From Balanoglossus misakiensis (Eukaryota > Animalia > Hemichordata): a stretch of 64,000 bases of DNA. Below, one piece after another: positions 23,836 through 38,362 of this stretch. Every line of letters starts with the position of its first letter. Position 1 is the stretch's first letter. The notes beneath the pieces were generated by a model, which was given only the letters and a program-made list of their open reading frames with translations, had not been told where the DNA came from and ran no database searches. The DNA lies in assembly GCA_040954595.2 (NCBI GenBank), contig CM082590.2:6200001-6264000 (forward strand), given 5' to 3'. The position numbers and the translations under genes are program-made.

Positions 23836-26800
23836 AATAATCTCAGTTGTTTTCTTATATCTAAATTCGACACATGCCCGCGCTACGCTAATACATTCCA
23901 GCATATGTCTCTATACCCGAATCGACAATTAACATTACAAGACAGTTGACGGATATAAAATTTATACTTTATAGAGAGGAGCGAATTCAGACTTAAAAAT
24001 TCTTTATATGTTTATATTTTACAGCTAGGGTATTCTTCTGTGCGTAAAGATAAACACTGGTTGCAATAAATGACGTCGAGTGGTTTCAGTTGAATTCCTT
24101 TTGTGCGGGGCAGGTGTGGACAGCAATAAACCATGCATGCATGCAAAGCGGTGTTGTTATCAGTGCGGTTCCTTTAAAGTTGTTTGCTCTGTCATTCAGC
24201 GAGTTTTCTGACCGTGTATGCAGGTCGGTGTCCAGTGGCGTTGACGGCGTGTCATTCAGAAATCTATGTGGAGTGTATTCAGTTCAAGACTGAAGTCAGC
24301 TAATGTTACAATTGTTAGTTTGTTTGTGGAAGTTGGAAATGATGCCACAAGGATTCTTGAATTTATTCGAGATTTTAAAAAGAAGATGTAGTGCTCTAAA
24401 GGGGCCATTGTTGCGACAATATTTTGCCAAACAGCTGTATGACCTGTAGCTCACGATAATTCCTGACTTTATCGCGATCTGGTTGAAAAATGTTTGTAGA
24501 TACTAAATTGTGGTGGAGTGTTTTTCTGCCGACTAAACAAACATTCTGTGCGGTTCCTTTAAAGTTGTTTGCTCTGTCATTCAGCGACTATTCTGACCAT
24601 GTATGCAGGTCGACGTCCAGTGGATTTGACGGCGTGTCATTCAGAACTCGGCGGTAAGTGTAATAAGACTAAAGTTAGCTAATTTGCCAATTATTAGTTT
24701 GTATGTAGGAATTAATGTTTTGAAATGATGCAACGAGTCTTGAATTCAATTGACATTATAAAAAGATGATGTTGGCTGGCAAAAGTAAATTCTCAGTTAA
24801 TATCCTGAACATCTAAAACAGTATTGCAATGAATGATCATTGTAATTTGTGGACGTATTTGCTTCACATTGCAGTTCACATTGCATTGCGACACTTTGTG
24901 TTTACTTTGCAAAGTGGTTAGACGTACGTAGTTTTGGAAGCAAAGCGGAGAAAATACGGCTAGATACTAGCTACTTGACTATTCTGACACGCGATTCTGT
25001 AGACAGTACAGTGTGTCCTCGATGTAATATACTGTGGAACATATGAGTACTCACACTCATGAATCTACTTAACGTGTCAGGATTTACCGTTGTACTTGTT
25101 CGAGCACTGTCATCACTGCTCGACTGAGCTTATCAAGAAAGCCGAAACGGAGTAGCAAGAAACCCCAAATCAATCATGCAACATTCACGTAAGACAGCGA
25201 TCTGCAGTCGAAATAGAATAGTACTGGACAAGTAACGGTTTAATTTATATGTGAACACATTTGTGAGACGTACATTCTGATTGGCTCCGTTTCGTCAACT
25301 CTGTAACTGGCCGATGAATAATTGATTAATTCTAAATATGAGAAATAAAACATGGTCTCTTCTGGCAAAGCAGAAACTGTACAATGGGGGGGGGATAGTT
25401 TACGTCAATGTGTTGAATGCAAAACAGCTGCATGAATTCTAGTTCATGATAATCCTGACTTTATCGCGATCTGGTTGAGAAGTGTTTCTTTATACTGCTT
25501 GATTGTGTGTTTGAATGGCGGAGTATTTCTCCACCAACTAAAACATTCTGTGCTATAAAATGTGTTGAGTGGTTTCGGTATGCCATAAAGCCAAATCAAT
25601 AAACAGTATATATGTATTTAATTTTTAAGACCCTAAGTAAATATCTTCTGATTACAAGCTGAATAGATTGTTTGTATGACAATTAATTTCAAAACGGATT
25701 CCACGGATCGGAATATCCGTAACAACAATTCTCGATGTACATATAGTCCAAAACATCATAGCTGAAAGGTCAAATTTATGAATACATTTTATAGTGGTCA
25801 TGTCACAAATATCCCCATACTCCTTTACTTCGTATCACTGAGAGAGCGCTGATAACAGCAATAAAATCAATATTGGCTGACAATTTTATGAATACTGGTC
25901 TCGGTTTTAATAAATCCTAGTCGAAAAGGATTAATGCGAATGAACGGTGCTGATAAAGATGACACAATTAACACTGGTACACATGCAATCTCACTGACTC
26001 CAAATATAATCAGATGAAGGTGTTGATGAAGGTCATTCTCTATGACAATAATAACTACAAGCAATTGCTTATCTACATTACACGTGTTAGGGCGTTGAAT
26101 CCGATTGACTCGTTAGCGACAAGAGGGGGGACAACAGTAGTACAGGGATGGAAATCAAAAATTGGATTGACCTGTTCATAGACCATGCGTTTATCCGTCT
26201 CACGACCTAGTTAATGTTTAAGTTAATTGTTTTCAATACACGGGCGGTTATCCAACGTGTGACAAAAAACAGAGAAGTCCCGGTCTCCCATGACGACATT
26301 TTATTTACAATTTTTCTGGTTACACGTATTTAACCCTTTCGCTGAATTGTTGTTTAAAACTAACTTTTTATTAGCAGCAGGTCCTAGCTTGAGATAAACA
26401 CCTGTTGAAATACATGCCTGTGTTACTTTGTAGTCATTCTGACAGTGCGTCTATAAACATGGCAGACCTGAGTCATGCAATATAAATGAATGATGACCTC
26501 TGACCCGACATGAGTTCCTTTAAAGTGACGCAGGTATGGCGCCAGCCTATCACAATATATGTGACAGCTGGGCTGACATAGCTATATAATGTGCTGTAGA
26601 CACAGTTTCGTGACAGGGCCTGAAATTTAGGCCTGTCCTGGCCCAATTTTTAAAAAAAATTGAAATACAATATTCTACTCAATATGTCATGATTTACTGC
26701 ATACTTTTTCGAGCGGTGTCCTTTTGACAGTCAGACCTGAGCGACTCCACTGAAGTCTCCGGATAATAAGCGGACACGAGCAAAAGGATTTACACACGCT

Positions 26801-29800
26801 CAATCCTCGACTGTTATTTACACCATCGCCGAAACAGAGCAGCCAATCACCACCAATCACCCAACACTCACGCAGGACAGCGATCTGCGGTAGAAAAAAA
26901 AAATAACCATCGGCATGGTCGTCATGGCAAAGTAACGGTTAAAATTTGCATTTCGATACATTTATGAGACGCACGTCTCATAAATGTGGTGGAGTGTTTT
27001 TCTGCCGACTAAACAAACACCCTGTGCTATATATTAAGTGTGTTGAGTGGTTTCCGTCAAAGTCTATACGCGTAAAGCCAATAGAACAAACAGTATTTGA
27101 TCTTTAAGACCCAAAGTAAATCGCGTCTGATACGTACCTGTACATACCAAGCTGAACAGACAGCATGTCGATAAATTTCAAAGATTATCCAAAAAAATAC
27201 CTAGAACAACAATACCTAAAGAATAGTCACAGAAACTTATGTTCTTGTGTGGGCAGGGATGCCATTTACACTTCATTACATAGTACATGAGTGAGTGTGA
27301 ATGCGCTGATATGAACAACAGTTCAATCTATGTCGGTAATTAGGAACAATAGTCAAAGTTTAAGTTTCAATTAAAAAGTATGAATGCAGTTGAGCAGTGC
27401 TGATAACAGTTACACACTGGACACTGGTACACATGGAGTCTCACTGACTCCAACATGTAATCAGATGCAGGTGAAGGCCATTCTATGTTGAAAAGAGCAA
27501 TAAAATTTATCGACAGTTTTATGACAGCTGGTCAATGTTTGCCAACCCGGTTCTTACACTGATGTTCTTATCAGTGCGTGTGCTTTGGGTCATGTGTCAA
27601 TTGCCCTTCTTTAAATCCTCAAGAGCTGCCACTTTTTGCACTATTTTCAGGATTTTACTTTCCAACTTTAGATTGGTCCATCTAAATAAGATTAAACTTA
27701 TAGGTATACATAAACATCTTATTGATGCCATATTTCGGCTGGATGTTGCAATTTGAACAATTGATATATTAAATGGTGCCATGCCTGTTTAATCTGCCTC
27801 CATAAAAAGAGTATACAACTATTGTGTTATGCAAGTAGTGTGCCTTGATGGTGCAAATTGTAATGGGGATATAGGGAGAAGATTTTATGTATTTTATTGT
27901 GAGAAGTAATGTGGAATTTGGCAGCTCATGGGGCTTCAAATATGTCTCACTTTACAAATTCTAGATTGATAAGCCTCTTCAATTCCCCCATTGTGCGGAA
28001 TTTTATAGTTAAGGGTGGAACTTTTAATTTCTTTCCACCCTGGCAGCAAACTTCTTTTCCAGAGATTTTTTTGCTGAAAGATTCTGACTGCTGATTAATA
28101 ATTGTTGTAATCTGTGTTACAGCAAACCATCAAAATACATAATTTACAATGTTTCCCCCCACTGACCACATCAACAAGTGATGATAGCTATGAGTACCGG
28201 AATTTCTAATCTTGAAAACTGTTGATGTATTTTAAAGGCAAAAAGTAATAAACTGGCCAGTTTAGTCTCCTGATGGGTCAGTCCAGTGACTCATGAAACA
28301 ACGTGGTAGAGATTATATTGCCTATCGTTCCTCCAGTTACCCTTACTTTATATTCCGCTCTACATTTTGTATGGGACCCGTCAAACCACATATTTCTTGT
28401 ATATTTTGAATTTAAGCATGAAGAGTGAAAAAATTGTTCCCATCCTACGTTTTCAGTCAGCATTTTAGTACACCTCAAGGTATAGTTTTCCTATGGTAAA
28501 ATTATCTAAACAGCTATATCAAAAAATCAAGCATGGTTTTTACCCTTTCTCCATAGAGCTTACACTGAGATTGATGGCCACTATGAATTTCAAATTTGGG
28601 TTATAGCCCTGTTCTCTCATTTAAACGTTGCACCATGACCCAAAATGTTTGGTCTAAATTTAAGACTTTATTTTTCAAGGTACAAGACTACCTGAATTCT
28701 TTCAACCCCATTTCCTGCTATAGAGGTCCAGTTTTACTCTAGAAGACAATTAATTGAAGCTAAACCACGGCGATGAAATGATTAAAAATATCAGTTTGAG
28801 ATAAATCATTAATTGCCAGCACTTGCTTCAGCTTCATTCTACCAGAGATTTTTGAGTTTATAGATTATTTTGGATTTTCACTTGAATTTTATTTTAGAAA
28901 AGTTTTGCTACTTGTATATCTTATGAATTCCATCTTTTATTTTAATGTACAGTACATTAAAGGCCATTGCCCACTTAAAATTGATTGTATGAGAGTGGGT
29001 TCATTTTTATATAATATACTCTGATTTTCAATCTCTCATGCAACAATTCCAAATTTAAAGACACAGTTGGCAAGAATGTGGTATTTGGCTATAATGCTTC
29101 ATATTGGAAAAATATGTGGATTTGCAAAGACGGGAAATACTAAATTTCTCAACACTAACAAGAAATCACCCACAACTGACAAACGAAACAAATCCTCGAT
29201 TCATGTAGTCGTAGATGTGCAATGATATTCACTCACAATCACATGATTACAGACACTGCTGTAGTTGACAGCACAGTACATGTATACGATATTTTATACT
29301 GCACTGGGCTGTCAACTTCGACGGTGCCTGTCGGTCAGTCACATACTGTCTGGCACGACACGCATTGACTGAAAGTCAACTAGGTCACGGGTCCTTTGTA
29401 ATAGTTGAATTCATTGCCTGCCTTGTGTGTACGTCATCACAATGGAATGCAGTGATTCTCCCCCACAGTCGCATGGGGGTTGAATTGTATAACACGGCGA
29501 TCGCCTATGACACAGAAAAGTGTCATAGGTGATCGTTGTGTAAACACAACACAATCCTCATGCGACTGTGATCTCCCCAGACACTTTTGGCTTCGCTATT
29601 CGCATTTGTCACACCGACAGTGGCGAACTAGTGAAGCGAGAAGAGTCTGCAAAGCGAGACTATGTCTTGTACTGAAGCTTGTGAAGTGGGAATTATAGGC
29701 CACTTCATTCCACTGCTCGTACTGTTATAAAACATAAATAATCAAATCGTTGTTTAATGTGCCAACTAGTTTAGTGATTTAAACTAGGAATTCTGCTGTG

Positions 29801-30501
29801 ACGTCACCACAGTATTGAAGTGTATATGCCACATTTTTATGGCGTTATGAACTTTGAACCAACTCTTGTCATTATTTTCCTTTGTAGTGTACTTCCTTAT
29901 TTATCGGGGGTTTCCCCAACTTGTTGTCAACATCACCTGACCACGTAGGCGACGACGCCATTATAGAACATTTGCGAAGCTGGCTTGTTCAACTCTAAAG
30001 CGGTGCTACTGATCCAGATTCTTAAAGTATTCCAACACAATGTCAATGACGTAATCATGGCTTCCGGAGAAGATAAAAATCCACTGGTAAGTGACCTGTT
30101 AACTGTAGCTCTGCGTGGCAGGGCTGTGTTGTTACGGCGAGCCGTGGAGGGCTCGCCGTAACACAGCCCTGCCACGCAGAGCTATGTTAACTGTAACAAC
30201 TAACATTTCACACCAAAGGCAACGATGTCTGGCAGTGACGCGTACGACGACTGTTTTTATGAGTGGTTTACATTTTGTTTGTTTTGTGGACTGAGGACTG
30301 TTGTTCAAAATTTCTCCCTTCAACTCCATGCACGTAACTTTAACCAGACATTTTGGTCTCAAAACACATGACGGTTTCGTTAAGACTTGTGGCGCTAGTC
30401 GGTGCCTAATACGTTTATTATTTTTCAACGGGTCAGCTTGCCCGACACACGGAAAATATAGAAACTTCTAGTGTTTGTGTGTATTGCTAGATAGTGCATT
30501 C

Positions 30502-31842
30502 ATAAATAAAACTAAGCTTTGTAGTGATGCCAGTAACTACCGGCCGATAGCACTAGCAACTGTTTTCTCTAAAGTTTTTGAGCATATTTTACTTTCTCGT
30601 TGTGAGGAGTTTCTTACCTCTCATTATTTACAATTTGGTTTCAAGCGAGAACATTCAACTGACCTGTGTTTATTTGCATTTAAAGAAATCATTAGCTACT
30701 ACACCAGCAATGGAGGACCAGTGTTTACTTGTTTTCTGGATGCTTCAAAAGCTTTTGACAGAGTTAATCACTTTAAACTGGTTAACAAGCTCATCGACAG
30801 GAATGTTCCCTTGTATGCTGTTCGAATTTTATATTACTGGTACAGAAATTAATTGTTTACTGTGTTGTGGGGTAATGAAACCTCAGAGTTGTTTTCTGTT
30901 TCTAACGGTGTAAGACAAGGGGGAGTACTCTCTCCCTATCTTTTTAATGTCTACATTGATGATCTTATCAATGCACTCTGTAAAGCCAAAGTTGGCTGTA
31001 CCATGTGTGGTGTCAGCGCTAACACTTTAGGTTACGCTGACGACATGACTCTACTCAGTCCAAGTGTTAAGGGTCTACGCCGTCTTCTTAGAATTTGTGA
31101 AATTTATGGCAAGGATTATGATATCATTTATAATTCTAGTAAAACTGTGTGCATGCTTTTTAATGGGAAGAATATGAGAGTTCAAAGAATTCCTTCGGTT
31201 AAACTTAATGACATCACTTTGAAGTTTGTACCTGTACACACCTATCTGGGCCATGTAATATCTTGTGATGGTTGTGATAATGAAGATATTGAACGACAGA
31301 GAAGAGCATTTTGTGTTAGAGCAAACATGCTATTGAGACATTTTCAACATTGTAGTCAAGATGTGAAGAAAGTTTTATTTTTGGCATATTGTAGTAATAT
31401 TTACTGTTGCAGTTTGTGGGCATCCTTTAAAGTTAAACCGATGAAAAAATTTAAAACTATGTACAATAATGTTTGGAGAAGACTTCTCGGTCTTCCGCCA
31501 TTTTGCAGTGCATCGGGTATGTTTGCTACAAACCATGTATTGTCACTTGGTGAAGTTTTTAGACGCAATATGTACAGTTTTAAGCGTAGACTCGAAAATT
31601 CTTCTAATGTTTTACTTGATGCGATCTGTTCATCAGATAGAGCGACTGACAGCATATTTTTCAAACATTGGCGAAAGCAATTGTATATCATGTAATTTTG
31701 CAGAGGTTTTTTTTTGTGTGTGTGTGTGTCTCAGTTTCAGATTTTCCAGAGTATTTTCATTAGTGTTTTTTTTTCTCTCTTTTGGGTATATGGACTTTTT
31801 TTTTAAAGTCTGAAATAAAGTATTATTATTATTATAAATAAA
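30502..31842 (+). mobile_element. 5'-truncated non-LTR retrotransposon (LINE; tentatively RTE-X-like), RT with one nonsense codon
   Basis: NYRPIAL, QFGF, FLDASKAFDRVNH, GVRQGGVLSPYLF, YADD; ORFs 30475-30852 and 30853-31695 are in the same frame, split by TAA; AATAAA plus (TAT)n tail; candidate TSD ataaataaa at 30502-30510 and 31834-31842. Confidence 0.9.
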
Positions 31843-33054
31843 CAATTACCCAGTTGACAAAAAAGTCACAATAATCACAATGTTTTCCATTCACAAGTCC
31901 AAGTCTCCATTGAACGAAATTCCAAAAATAATTTTACCGGTTGAGCAAGTCCTAAGTAAACACAATTTTATGAGCAAGTTCTAGCTTTAGATAAAACACC
32001 CATTGAAATCCATGTCTGTGTTAGGCCTACTTTGTAACCATGTCTAGCAATGTGTCTATATATGGGGCAGTCAGATTGACGCCATATCAAATGATGATAA
32101 CCTTTGACCCGAAATGAGTTCATTCAAGGTGACGCAGGCATGGTGTTGGTCATAAGGGGTCGTGGATAATTATTAATTCCCCATGAGCTGACTCAATCTT
32201 CTCCGTATCCTTTGCCGACAGACAACACGACAGGTTGATGATACATGTGTGCATACCCACGAGTAAGCTTTTTAAAATGAACCAACCGAACTTTGATAGT
32301 AAAATCACGAAAATAATGCATATATGACGTGAGGCATGTCAAATGCAACTATTTTCATTTAACCCAAACCCCTCGCTTAAGTTTGGAACAACAAAAAGCA
32401 ATGAATATTTTATCCCCTCGACGTTTTTACACTGACTCTCTCTCCAAGAGCACATGTTTGTTGTAACCCCAAAAGAAATGCAATTAAATCGGTGCGTGTG
32501 TAAACATAAAGTTGTGATATCTACTGACAATAAACAATAATTTCATCACAGAATGGTTGTTCCAAAACTCGTGACACTAATATACCATAGTGAAGAAGTT
32601 GCTAATGAACGCTTTAATCCCAATTCAGCGTAAGATTAAGGTACACCATGAATCAGTTCTTTTATTTCTAATAAACAGTTGTCTACACACAAAATTATTG
32701 AGGTACTAGCACATTTCAGTGTAGTTTATTATCTTCTGCCTTTATGTACCAGACGAGGGGGGGGGGGGTTATACACCATCAAGTTCTTCCTCTGTTCAAA
32801 TTTACAAGTCAGACATTTTGAGCTCAGCAGTGCATTATGGGCCGGTTGTCGTTAACCTGGAATATCGTATCGTTCATTGTTTTCGTTTTGTTGGAATTCC
32901 AGTATTTTGTGATCAGAATTTCACCGATGGAATGGTTTCCTTTCAGCAGTGTCTGCACCATGTTTTATTATTCGCAATCAAAACTCAGAAAAATTCACAT
33001 TTTTCCATGAAGGGATATTGTGCGCGTGTATGAATTAACAAAATCTCGAAATAA

Positions 33055-33249
33055 GGGACTGGTCAGTTTCTTTGCCTTGGGTGGGGCGGTGTATTCATGG
33101 GAGAGGTCACCCTGTTTTGGAATTGGGTGATGGGGGGGGGGCGGGGTTTCACCCACTTTTGTATGGTCAATGAAGGAGAGGAGCGGTCAGTCACTTTTGG
33201 ATATCCACAAAATAGAATCCACCCCCGCCCGAAGAAACTGACCAGTCCC
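33055..33249. mobile_element. Harbinger/PIF-like MITE
   Basis: TAA|GGGACTGGTCAGTTTCTT...AAGAAACTGACCAGTCCC|TAA. Confidence 0.8.
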
Positions 33250-33270
33250 TAAGCGCATACGGTTAACTAC

Positions 33271-33278
33271 TATAAAAG
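33271..33278 (+). promoter_or_regulatory. Candidate TATA box upstream of ROCO-B
   Basis: TATAAAAG ~280 bp before the candidate start codon; position only. Confidence 0.3.
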
Positions 33279-33553
33279 TGAGACATTCTAACCGATAGAA
33301 ATGAACTAGTCTACATGGACCGTGACATTATGGCTGATCACAACGGAAACAAGTGTTATCCGTTGGCCGTGTAGTGACAGCCGTGCTGTGACATTCTTTG
33401 CTGACCGTCGGTTGTGGATTCCATGTTCTGACCAACAGGACGACATCCCAAATCTGTAGACTATAACAATAGAGTGGCTAGCCAGTGAATTGACCATAAC
33501 CTTGTTCCCATTTCTTTTATGACAATCATGCAAGCCCTATCAAACAGCCAAAA

Positions 33554-33583
33554 ATGCTTCTTGGGAAGCACATCAGCGACAAG
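33554..33583 (+). CDS. ROCO-B candidate first coding exon (MLLGKHISDK)
   Basis: aaaATG context, upstream in-frame stop, AAG|GTatac phase-0 donor (weak) fits the first ankyrin exon. Confidence 0.4.
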
Positions 33584-33956
33584 GTATACAAAGCTGTCGC
33601 ACGACCCACACACTACTACAGCTACACAATAACTTGCCCACACGATTTTGACAAACATTCATGATGATACTTTCATTGCATTTCTTCACCGTTCTCTTGA
33701 GACTGTTGCCTTATCATGAGTCCATGGGCTCATCCGGGCATTTTCCAGTACATGTATCTATATTTTGGTGTAAGCCGTGTACGTTTATGTGTAATTAGAA
33801 TGACTTTACCATATCATCGATGCACAAAGTTTATACAATGTGATGTAAAAGTTTAGGTATTATTTCTTGGTGTTTGTGATTATGTTTGTTCATAATCAAA
33901 TATATTTAACGGAATATTTCAAAAATAACAATTGTATGTTTCACTGAATGTTATAG

Positions 33957-34055
33957 GATCTCATTAAAGCCGCTTGGGTTGGTGATGTTGCAAGGATTCG
34001 GTCGTTGATAGCTGATGGGTACGATGTCAATGCAAAGGGTAAATACTTTGGCAGG
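33957..34055 (+). CDS. ROCO-B ankyrin exon 1 (DLIKAAWVGDVARIRSLIADGYDVNAKGKYFGR)
   Basis: ttatAG/GTaagt, 99 nt, phase 0/0, ankyrin consensus. Confidence 0.85.
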
Positions 34056-35000
34056 GTAAGTATTTACACTGCCTCACTCAACATTTCACACGTACAACCC
34101 AGTCACACAGGTAACGAATCTGAAGCGGCAAACGTCTTGACCTTGACTTTATTGATGAACGCAAAACCTTTCCTGTGTTTCAGATACAAGCTTAATGCAT
34201 TTGAAATAGAAAACTTGTCAAAAAATAAAGCTTGTTTCCTCCTGTGTTTCTCTTATAGCAATTTGAGGTTAGAAAGAAAAGTTGAAACCGAAACGAATAA
34301 GAACATAGTGTTGGATGAAATGTTCAATTATCTGTATATTGTGACCAGTAACAGTCTGTGGCGAGGTTATTGACAAATCCAGATCGATGTTTGCAAATGT
34401 CATAAAACATGAAAGTGTTTACAAATAATTGAAACCCCAAAAGCAGCACAGTAGAGATTCAAAATCCCGCGTCGTAAGTCAATCCGGAATTCAGGTGAAT
34501 ATGGTCATGGAAAAGATTGCCGTTGATTGCCCTTATAAACAAAAAGTGCGGATTTCTTTAGTCTGTGGTGTTTGTATTACAAGTGTATTCTTCAGGCGTG
34601 ATTTGAATCTTTGAGGTTGGTCAGCTGTTGATTGATTGTAATATTTATTTCCTCTGGCTCTTCGATGGATATCTTAGCTGTAGAAATTACTTGAGTGAAT
34701 AAACACACATGATTGGAGATGAAAGTGTTACTGTACCTCAATGGACATAGAACAATGCTAGAGTAAGGACCTAGTGCTTGTCTATGGGGAATACAGGGAG
34801 AATATCGGAGTCGTGACAAGGCCAGGCTGAAATGTTTCATTTGCGGACACCCGAAGAATATGTAGAATCTGTGTCATTGCAGGCTGGAGAGTTGCCATTT
34901 GGACGATATCTTTATTTGTGAAGGAAGCTAGTGATTGCATGTGCCCCATGCATTATGTGCCATTGTAAGCTTAGGGACCGTCTCAGATTGTCACAAAACT

Positions 35001-35177
35001 ATCTGGTTAAATCGGATGTAGAGTTAGGCGGACGTGTCTTTACTATTGCTGATTCTTGGCTTTTCTGTTCGGATAGGGGCCGTCCACCCGAGAACAGCCA
35101 AGACAGAGAACAGAACAGCCAAAATGATCACCATAGGTAAAGACAACGCCTAACTCTACATCTGATTTTAATCAGAT
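35001..35177. mobile_element. Small TIR element (~45-bp imperfect inverted repeats), intronic
   Basis: atctggttaaatcggatgtagagttaggcg.../...cgcctaactctacatctgattttaatcagat; tgtcaca on both flanks. Confidence 0.65.
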
Positions 35178-35352
35178 TGTCACATAAATTCAGTGAACCA
35201 GACATATGTGATTTCAGTTCCATTCAATGGATACTACAAACGCTTTTAAAAAAAGACAAATTTAAGAGAAATGTCCAGATTGGTTTAGACAATTCTTTTT
35301 TTGATGTTTCCTAGCAACATTCAATAATTATAACATTGATGTACTGAACGTA

Positions 35353-35768
35353 CCAACGTTGGGTTCATAGCAGGCTATACCTAAATATTAACTTACATCA
35401 ACAGAGAACCAGGGGATTGTGTGTGTCGGGTGTATCACGTCCGCCATGTTTATCTGTTAGAGTACTTAGTGTGATTGAAAATTTCAAGATGTCCCATGCC
35501 AATGTTGGGTTCATAGAGGGCTTGGCCTAAACTTACATCAACAGAGAAACACGAGGATGGTATGTGTCTGGTGTATCATATCCGCCATGTTTATCTGTTA
35601 GAGTACTTAGTGTGATTGAAAAATTCAAAATGTCCCATGCCAATATTGGGTTCATAGCGGGCCAGACTTCAACTTACATCAACGGAGAAACACGAGGGAT
35701 TGTGTGTGTCGGGTGTATCACGTCCGCCATGTTTATCTGTTAGAGTACTTGGTGTGATTGAAAATTTG
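35353..35768 (+). repeat. Minisatellite, 3 units of ~141-146 bp
   Basis: Units start at 35353, 35499 and 35640 and share tccgccatgtttatctgttagagtactt. Confidence 0.9.
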
Positions 35769-36096
35769 AACATATCAATGTAATTTATGAATAATATTAA
35801 GACCTATTGCACCAATGAGCGTGCATAAACATGTATAGTGCGCTACATTATATTAGAATTTTATAGTGTTACACTTGTTAGAAATATCTATATGACATGT
35901 TATAAATGTTCTCTGAAACAATAAAGTGTTTTGGTCTGAAACAACTATAGATGCTACACACATTTAACTCATAATTTCAGTCAACACTTACAGTTACAAA
36001 TCGATTCCAGTGAAATTTTAGCCATGTAACCTTACAAGTCCAACATTGGAACATAGCGTGTGTTCATTTTAATTCAAATGAATTTGTCAATTTCAG

Positions 36097-36195
36097 GATG
36101 AATCCACAGCATTGCATGCTGCAGCCTGGGGAAGTAAACTGGAAGTGGCAGAAGTGTTGATCGACCATGGAGCTGACGTCAATGCTAAGAATGAT
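36097..36195 (+). CDS. ROCO-B ankyrin exon 2 (DESTALHAAAWGSKLEVAEVLIDHGADVNAKND)
   Basis: tttcAG/GTaagt, 99 nt, phase 0/0, TALH..A and GADVN motifs. Confidence 0.9.
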
Positions 36196-37440
36196 GTAAG
36201 TGGCTTTACATGCTCACTCACCAATAGCCCAAACGGCCAAAAAGGTGACACTGTACTTATATTTTGTAGTGTTGACGACATTCGGGATGTCAATCACGAA
36301 ACTAGTATTACTGCAATAAACCGACACACATATATACTAATATTATGCAGAGTATGAAAGAGTTTGAGGTTAGTTTTTGCTCCGTGGCTATGTGGAATTC
36401 TTATATATGTAACCCAGAGTTTGATTTGGTTATTCACAACACAAGTCAACATTCAAGGTCAACAACAAGAACAGATATCGCACAAATTTTTAGCAGTCAA
36501 CAGTATTGCTATTTTATTGCTATGATAACTAGAGAACTATCTAACAGAAATATGGGTCGCTTTACAATGATCGAAACACTGAATAAATGACTTGCATAGA
36601 AATCCACTAGTCCACTGTGTTATCACTGAAATAAGTCCAGTGTTCATCAAAACAGAAACCCTATAGTCTATTCAACTTAGCTGTTCAGCTAAACCATGAA
36701 CGGATCTGGCTGTGTCAACATCGTAAATCGGTCCCTGGCAACCGGCGAGTCCTGGTCTGTGTTGTCACGATCTACGTTGCAGACGAGTATCCCTCCACAC
36801 ACGCAACGGGTATTTTCCTATACACACGCACGCATCTAGGGCTTCCCACTCGGGCTTGCAATAGTATACAATCCACAGTTCCGCATTCAACACTCAGCAC
36901 AGTTCTGTAGGTTTCAAATAAAACTGTTCGAAAGACATCTCATTTTGTAAACAAAGATGATGGGTCATTCACTTAGTACCTCCATGGAAACGTGTACATG
37001 CGCATACTACATATGGAACAAGTACACGCAGTCACTGTGCCCAACCACCTTTTTTATACAGTGGTCACGTAACATGCATTTCTAGTGACCTTAGAGAAAT
37101 CTATTTTTAATACATTTTGCAAAACGCGCCTTGATTTCACAGGCGTTTTAAAGTTTCTAAAATGACGCCATGGTTATGACAGAAGGTATGCGCCTGCGCA
37201 AGTTTCTAGGTGAATGACCTTTCAAAATGGATGGGCAAGCAGAGTTTGTCTGGACAGAGAGATAGCGATTTTTCCGCATTTTTAGGGATCGATTGGGTGA
37301 GTTAGGTAAAAGAAAGGCGTCGATTGATTTTGTGAGCACTGTGAATGCTTGGTGTGAAGTTTGAGACTCTGGAATTGCCAGCAACCACTTTATTTCGTCG
37401 ATTTCAGAAATGTGACCAGCGAGAGCTTTCCTACCTTTAA

Positions 37441-37945
37441 AGGCACATAAGCTGCAACTTTTGGGATAATTATCATAATTTTTGTTTCAAACTGTACTAC
37501 CATTAGTATATGCAGATGAAGGCAGTGAACTAAACACAAGCATTATAACCCCTAAATATGAGTGCATATGCAAGTTCTAACCAGATAAATAATAAAGCTT
37601 TGCCGCAAGCGATTATGGCCGCCACCGTGGGAAAATGCAAGAAACAACGAAAATGTTGCATTTCCGGTTATGAAACTTTATAAACAAAACATGATCTCAT
37701 CCACTTGAGCTCATGGAAGTAAATGTACACTGCTGAGACATTATATTTTCCTTTTTCATTCCAATATTGTACTTTTTTAAAAATTGCCGGAATTTTCGTT
37801 TTTCATCAATTTTTGGCCATTTTGTCATAAATAAGTGTTGAGCTTGATATATTATCATGAAATATCATTTACTAGACATGATTAAAAGCATATATGAGAT
37901 TATTTAAAACTTTAATTTTTTTATCCAGTTGCAGCTCATGTGCCT
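37441..37945. mobile_element. 505-bp Kolobok-like non-autonomous element, family AGGCACATAAGCTGCAAC
   Basis: 18-bp TIRs (1 mismatch), TTAA TSDs; reverse-oriented end fragments terminate near 9910, 11683, 13288, 53036 and 54627. Confidence 0.85.
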
Positions 37946-38362
37946 TTAATCTCTTTATGTGTCAGTGGGGTAATAGGCCTAGGCCCGAACATAGCGAGAG
38001 CGCTCGTTTGACGCAAATTTGGGGGATCGTCTAAGCTACTGATTTATCGTTTTTAGTCACTTTACAATTAATAGAAAACTGAAATAGCATCTATACAAGC
38101 GCCTGTGGTTCAAAGGTCAAACTAATATGGCGTTACATAAGCCACCGATCTTTTACTGAAGGTCAAATATAAACACTGTAAACAAACTACAACTTCAAAC
38201 TTTCTTTCTAAAATTCTAGTAATAACCTAGTCCGGCCGCAATACTAACTACGGTACTGAAACCACGAGGTTGTTTTCTCAAATATGCTCCGAACACGGCA
38301 AAGGACAAAGGCACTTCACAGCAATAACAATGCTTTGACCTTACAAGTCATTTAACATTTAA

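Larger units (their letters stand above)
19946..28010 (+). repeat. Degenerate multi-copy repeat cluster (3-4 partial copies of one unit, interrupted by insertions)
   Basis: cctgactttatc(a/g)(t/c)gatctggttga at ~19966/24462/25454; gtctcactgactccaa-like at ~22106/25988/27438; gttcttatcagtgcgtgtg at 22321/27564. Confidence 0.75.

Noticed and set aside
35353-35768. CRISPR-like array
   Set aside because: Whole units are homologous with no unique spacers; eukaryotic intron, no cas genes
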